Below are positions 59,960 to 64,000 of a DNA stretch of 64,000 nucleotides, one piece after another (the first letter of the stretch is position 1; the number at the start of each line of letters is the position of its first letter). The position numbers were made by a program, and so were the translations under genes. The stretch comes from an uncultured delta proteobacterium (GTDB taxonomy: Bacteria > Myxococcota_A > Polyangia > Polyangiales > Polyangiaceae), in contig CAWJCS010000003.1 of the NCBI GenBank assembly GCA_963841435.1, positions 1,024,001 through 1,088,000 on the forward strand. Direction: 5' to 3'. The notes under the pieces are model-generated. The model worked only from the letters and a program-made list of their open reading frames with translations. It did no database searches and was not told where the DNA came from.

Positions 59960-60022
59960 CGCGACCCCGCCGCCCTGCGGCGAAACCCACGCTAGGACGT
60001 GAGTTAGCGACGTGCCACGCGC

Positions 60023-61021
60023 TCAGCCGTCCGTTTCGGGGCCGCTGCGGCGTTCGAGCGCGCTCCGGCCGGGCAGTGGCGGCAGGTTCAGCTCGCGCGC
60101 GGCGACGTAGAGCGGTCGCCGCTTGATCTCCTCGTAGATCCTGCCGATGTACTCGCCGAGTATGCCCGTCATGACGAGCTGGGCCGAGAAGCCGAACGTG
60201 ACGGCGACCATGATGCCGGTCCAGCCGGGAACGGCGCCGCGCGCGAAGAACTTCACGTAAAACAGCCAGATGCCGACGCCCACGGCGACGACGCCCGCGA
60301 ACAGTCCGAGCCAGGTCGCCAGGCGCAGCGGCAGCACCGAGAACGAGGTGATGCCGTCGACGGCGAAGCGCAGCATCTTGCGGAACGGGTACTTGGTCTC
60401 GCCCGCGAACCGCGCGTCGCGATCGTACAACACCGCCGTCTGCCGGAATCCCACCCAGGCCACCATGCCGCGCACGAAGCGATGTTGCTCCCTGAGCGCG
60501 CGCAGGGTGAGCACGACGGGGCGTGCCATCAGCCGAAAGTCTCCAGCGTCGCGCGGAATGTCAACCTGCGTCATCCCGCGAATGAAGCGATAAAAGAGCG
60601 CAGCCGTGCCGCGCTTGAAGATCGTCTCCGCACGGCGCTTGCGCCGCACGGCGTAGACCACCTGAAACCCCGCGGCCGCCTGCTCGAGCATGCGTTCGAC
60701 CACCTCGGGGGGATCCTGCAGGTCGGCGTCCATGACGACCACGTAGTCTCCTTCGGCGCGGTCGAGCCCCGCGGTGATGGCGATCTGGTGCCCGAAATTG
60801 CGGGAGAACCCGATGAGCTTGTAGCGGGGCTCGCTCGCCGCAAGACCCGCCAGAAAATCACCCGAACCGTCGCGCGAGCCGTCGTCGATGAAGACCACCT
60901 CCCAGGCATCGCCGACACTGACGAGCTTCTCGAGCAGGCCCCGGAGGCGCCGATCGAGCTCGGGCAGCGACTCCATCTCGTTGAACACGGGCACGACGAG
61001 CGAGAGCTTGGGCCGCGACAT
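60023..61021 (-). CDS. GT2 polyprenyl-phosphate glycosyltransferase (GtrB/ArnC-like)
   Basis: VVPVFNE, DDGSRD, SRNFGHQ, MDADLQDPP, GDFRL and two C-terminal TMs. Confidence 0.92.
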   Translation of the reverse strand: MSRPKLSLVVPVFNEMESLPELDRRLRGLLEKLVSVGDAWEVVFIDDGSRDGSGDFLAGLAASEPRYKLIGFSRNFGHQIAITAGLDRAEGDYVVVMDADLQDPPEVVERMLEQAAAGFQVVYAVRRKRRAETIFKRGTAALFYRFIRGMTQVDIPRDAGDFRLMARPVVLTLRALREQHRFVRGMVAWVGFRQTAVLYDRDARFAGETKYPFRKMLRFAVDGITSFSVLPLRLATWLGLFAGVVAVGVGIWLFYVKFFARGAVPGWTGIMVAVTFGFSAQLVMTGILGEYIGRIYEEIKRRPLYVAARELNLPPLPGRSALERRSGPETDG

Positions 61022-61069
61022 GTGTGCGGGTGAGCCTAGCACAGGCCCTCGCGCGCCCTAGCGTGCCAG

Positions 61070-63043
61070 TCACAGTCCGATGATCTGTTTGCCCTGATCG
61101 TTCCTGCTCCGATCGCCGCCGCGCTTCCAGAGCGCGAAGTTGCCCCGGCGGCCGACGTACCCGTACTTGCCCGTAGCGATGGCGGTCGCGAGGATCTGGT
61201 GGGTGGTGCCACTGCGTGCCTCGTCGAGGTTCATGAGGAGGTAATCGGCATCGTCGTAGGTGAAGCGCAGCGTGAAGCAGTAGCGGCGACTCGAGACGTG
61301 CGGCGCTTCCATCTCCGTGGCGGCGACCGAAGCGCTCTTCGGGATCTGCTTGACGAGCTCGTACAGATCCTTGTGCCGCTTCTGGTCTTCGCGCGAGATC
61401 TTGAACTGGATCTGACGGAAGCCTCCCACGAAGCTCGCGCGCTGGAGGATCGCCCCTTGGCTGTAGCTGAAGATGGTCGCCGTCGCGAGGATGGCGAGCA
61501 CGGCTGCGGGTACCCTGAACGTTCGCTGACCGAGCAGCGCGTCCCGCTCGCGCCAGTACGACATCACGATGACCGCAGAAAAAAAGATGTAAGCGGTGTA
61601 GTTCGACGTGTACTGAAAGAAGGTCTGGTAGAGCGGCTTGTAGCCCCACGAAAGGAGCGTGAACATCGCCGGAGGGATGAACAGAATCCACGTGCGCGGG
61701 TGCCGGAACGGCAAGAGCAGCACGGGGCCCATCATCTTCACGATGTAGGTGAGCTTGTCTTGCTCGAGCAGCGAGTTGAACGTGAAGATCGGGTTCGACC
61801 CCATCGTGCGCAGCACGCCCTTGAAGCCGGTTTCCCCGGGTGGAATCAGACCCTGGAACATCCAGGTGAAGCTGTTGGCATCCGACCAGGTTCGGTGGAG
61901 CGGCATGACCACGAATTTTACGACCACGAAATAGATCGCCGACAGGATGCCGCCGACGAGCGCCCAGCGCGTGCGCTTGCCCGTCGCGAGATAGAAGAGG
62001 CCGCCCGCCGCCAGCACGGCGCTCGTGTCCTCGCGCAGGAGCAGCGCGCAGAGCCACGCCGCAATCAGCCAACCCTTCTTCTCGGCCTCGAAGAAGTAGA
62101 TCACCCAGGCGATCCAGAACGGCGCGAGCGTCGCGAAGTGAAAATCGTAGAAAACGGGCCCGTGGAGCGGGGCGTGGACGAGGTACGCGTAAGCGATCAC
62201 GAGCGCGCCCCAGGCACTGCCGATGCGACGCTTCGCGATCAGGTAGATGGGGATGGCGGCCGCCGAAACCGTCACGCCCTGAATCACGAGCAGCGTTTGG
62301 GCGTGCTGGTAGAGCGCGTAGATGGGGCCGTAGAGATAGGCGAGGAAGGTGGCGTGAAACTGGATGTGGGAGCCCGTACGGCCCAGATCCGGACTGGCCG
62401 CGAACCAGCTGCCGCGGATCAGGTTCCACATGATGTTGTCGAAAATAGCGAGGTCCCAGCTGGCCGTGCCGAGCCGGTAGTGGTTCATCATCGTGAAGTA
62501 CGAGAGGTACCAACCGACGAACGAGGCCATGCCCACGAGCAGAAGCGGCGGCGCCCACGCATGCAGGCGGGGGTAGCGACGCACGCTGCGCGCGTACCAG
62601 CCCGCGATGCCCGTCCAGTCGATCGACCCGAACGACAGCCTGAGCGTGCGCTCGAGCCCTAGGCCGAAAAGGACGGCCGCGAGCACGAAGGTCCACTCGT
62701 TGCGCTGCGTCCAGCGATAGTCGAAAAGGACGGGCACAGGGAACAGCACGAGCAGCGGGGAGACGATGCGCCCCGCGCGCAATAGCGCCGTGAGAGCCGC
62801 ATCCGAGAAGCGCCGTACGGCGAGGTAGATGGCGCCCGCGACGACGAGCCCCGCGCCCGCGACGAGCATCGAAACGAGCAGCACGTCGCGTGACGCCCTG
62901 TCCATGGCGTTCGACGTGACGTGATCGAGCACGCGGTCGTACTCGAGCAGGTACGCGCAGCTCGCCACCGAGGCGCCGACCCCGAAGAGCAGTATCGCAC
63001 TGGCGACGAGGCGCGACTCCGCGGGGGTGCGTTCGACGTGCAT
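61070..63043 (-). CDS. DUF2079 multi-TM protein (GT-C-like)
   Basis: WDLAIFDN, FYDFH and LLREDT motifs; many TM helices. Confidence 0.75.
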   Translation of the reverse strand: MHVERTPAESRLVASAILLFGVGASVASCAYLLEYDRVLDHVTSNAMDRASRDVLLVSMLVAGAGLVVAGAIYLAVRRFSDAALTALLRAGRIVSPLLVLFPVPVLFDYRWTQRNEWTFVLAAVLFGLGLERTLRLSFGSIDWTGIAGWYARSVRRYPRLHAWAPPLLLVGMASFVGWYLSYFTMMNHYRLGTASWDLAIFDNIMWNLIRGSWFAASPDLGRTGSHIQFHATFLAYLYGPIYALYQHAQTLLVIQGVTVSAAAIPIYLIAKRRIGSAWGALVIAYAYLVHAPLHGPVFYDFHFATLAPFWIAWVIYFFEAEKKGWLIAAWLCALLLREDTSAVLAAGGLFYLATGKRTRWALVGGILSAIYFVVVKFVVMPLHRTWSDANSFTWMFQGLIPPGETGFKGVLRTMGSNPIFTFNSLLEQDKLTYIVKMMGPVLLLPFRHPRTWILFIPPAMFTLLSWGYKPLYQTFFQYTSNYTAYIFFSAVIVMSYWRERDALLGQRTFRVPAAVLAILATATIFSYSQGAILQRASFVGGFRQIQFKISREDQKRHKDLYELVKQIPKSASVAATEMEAPHVSSRRYCFTLRFTYDDADYLLMNLDEARSGTTHQILATAIATGKYGYVGRRGNFALWKRGGDRSRNDQGKQIIGL

Positions 63044-63193
63044 GGGCGAGCGACGGAAGCCGTCTGTTAGTAGCGCGACGCGCCGGGACCAGGCAAGTCG
63101 CTTTCCGGTATGGAAAACACGTTCTCGGCGCCGCCCGCCGGACTACCCGGGGGATTGCGACGGGCTACGATCCGTATCAGGCTTCGACGCACG

Positions 63194-64000
63194 ATGCCGG
63201 ACAAGAAGCCCCGGGTGGTGATTTTCGTCGTCGCCTACCACGCCGAAAGCACGCTCGAAGCGGTCCTTTCTCGCATCCCCGCGTCGCTGTTTTCGGACTA
63301 CGACTGCTCGATTCTCGTGGTCGACGACGCCTCGAAGGACCACACGGTCGAGGTGGGCCAGAGCTACCAGCGTATGCATCCGGAGGTGCCGCTAACCGTG
63401 CTCCGGAACGAGTACAATCAGGGTTACGGCGGCAACCAGAAGGTGGGCTACACCCACGCCATTGCCGAAGGCGCCGACGCCGTCGCGCTCCTGCACGGCG
63501 ACGCCCAGTACGCGCCCGAGGAGCTACCGAAGCTGCTCGGGCCCGTCTGCCGCGGCGAGGCGGACGCCGTTTTCGGTAGCCGCATGATGGAGCGCTTTGG
63601 CGCGCTCCGTGGCGGCATGCCGCTCTACAAATACGTCGGCAACAAAGTACTGACGACGGTGCAGAACCGGCTGCTCGGCACGCGCCTTTCGGAGTTTCAC
63701 AGCGGCTACCGCGTCTACTCCGTACCGTTCCTCGAGAAGATTCACTTCAAGCTCAACTCCAACGATTTCCACTTCGACAGCGAGATCATCATCCAGATCC
63801 TGAACGCGGGGGGCCGCATCCTCGAGCTGCCGATTCCCACCTACTACGGCGACGAGATCTGCCGCGTGAACGGGATGAAGTACGCGAGGGACGTCGTGCG
63901 CGTCACGCTGCAGAACGTGGCCCATCGCGCGGGCCTTCTGCACCAGCGCCGCTTCGACCCCGTGGGCGGCGCCAACACCCACTACGACCTCAAGCTCGGC
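63194..64000 (+). CDS. GT2 glycosyltransferase (DPM-synthase-like), 3'-truncated by the window edge
   Basis: Read manually (absent from the ORF track): VVAYHAE, VVDDASKD, NQGYGGNQK, LHGDAQY and FHSGYR. Confidence 0.9.
   Translation, partial: MPDKKPRVVIFVVAYHAESTLEAVLSRIPASLFSDYDCSILVVDDASKDHTVEVGQSYQRMHPEVPLTVLRNEYNQGYGGNQKVGYTHAIAEGADAVALLHGDAQYAPEELPKLLGPVCRGEADAVFGSRMMERFGALRGGMPLYKYVGNKVLTTVQNRLLGTRLSEFHSGYRVYSVPFLEKIHFKLNSNDFHFDSEIIIQILNAGGRILELPIPTYYGDEICRVNGMKYARDVVRVTLQNVAHRAGLLHQRRFDPVGGANTHYDLKLG

Noticed and set aside
1-64000. Many long antisense and alternate-frame ORFs (e.g. 12665..15109 -, 26210..28327 -, 50191..52266 +)
   Set aside because: Arg/Ala/Pro-rich shadow ORFs expected at high GC; they overlap well-supported genes and show no family motifs

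Overview
GC-rich, gene-dense chromosomal window with about 63 CDS. It most likely comes from a Myxococcota (Polyangiaceae/Sorangium-like) bacterium, judged from a MYXO-CTERM tail, Gly/Ser-tethered lipoprotein glycan hydrolases, an AgmX/PglI-type domain and an RpoH-like sigma factor. I saw no rRNA, tRNA, CRISPR array, prophage or transposase. Contents in order: a split, partly inverted eboABCDEF cluster interleaved with carbohydrate-active lipoproteins; pilD; algC-prmC; a probably inactive L,D-transpeptidase; metF/mpl; ychJ-truncated globin-3D-domain genes; a sigma-32-like factor with an 18-bp tandem repeat; rsmI, ffh, thiO, purN, rsmD and truA; a probable sphingolipid pathway (spt ... bCerS-cerR) enclosing two unknown exported proteins; a pst operon preceded by a Pho-box-like repeat; trpE, dnaJ and an orphan FliI/SctN ATPase; and a GT2/GT-C glycosylation locus. 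The strongest novelty candidate is the pst operon. Its PhoU is fused to an ArsC/LMW-PTP fold that has lost all three catalytic cysteines, and its two PstB copies carry complementary degenerate motifs. Several single-base frameshifts look like sequencing errors. All family calls come from motif recognition by eye, not database searches.
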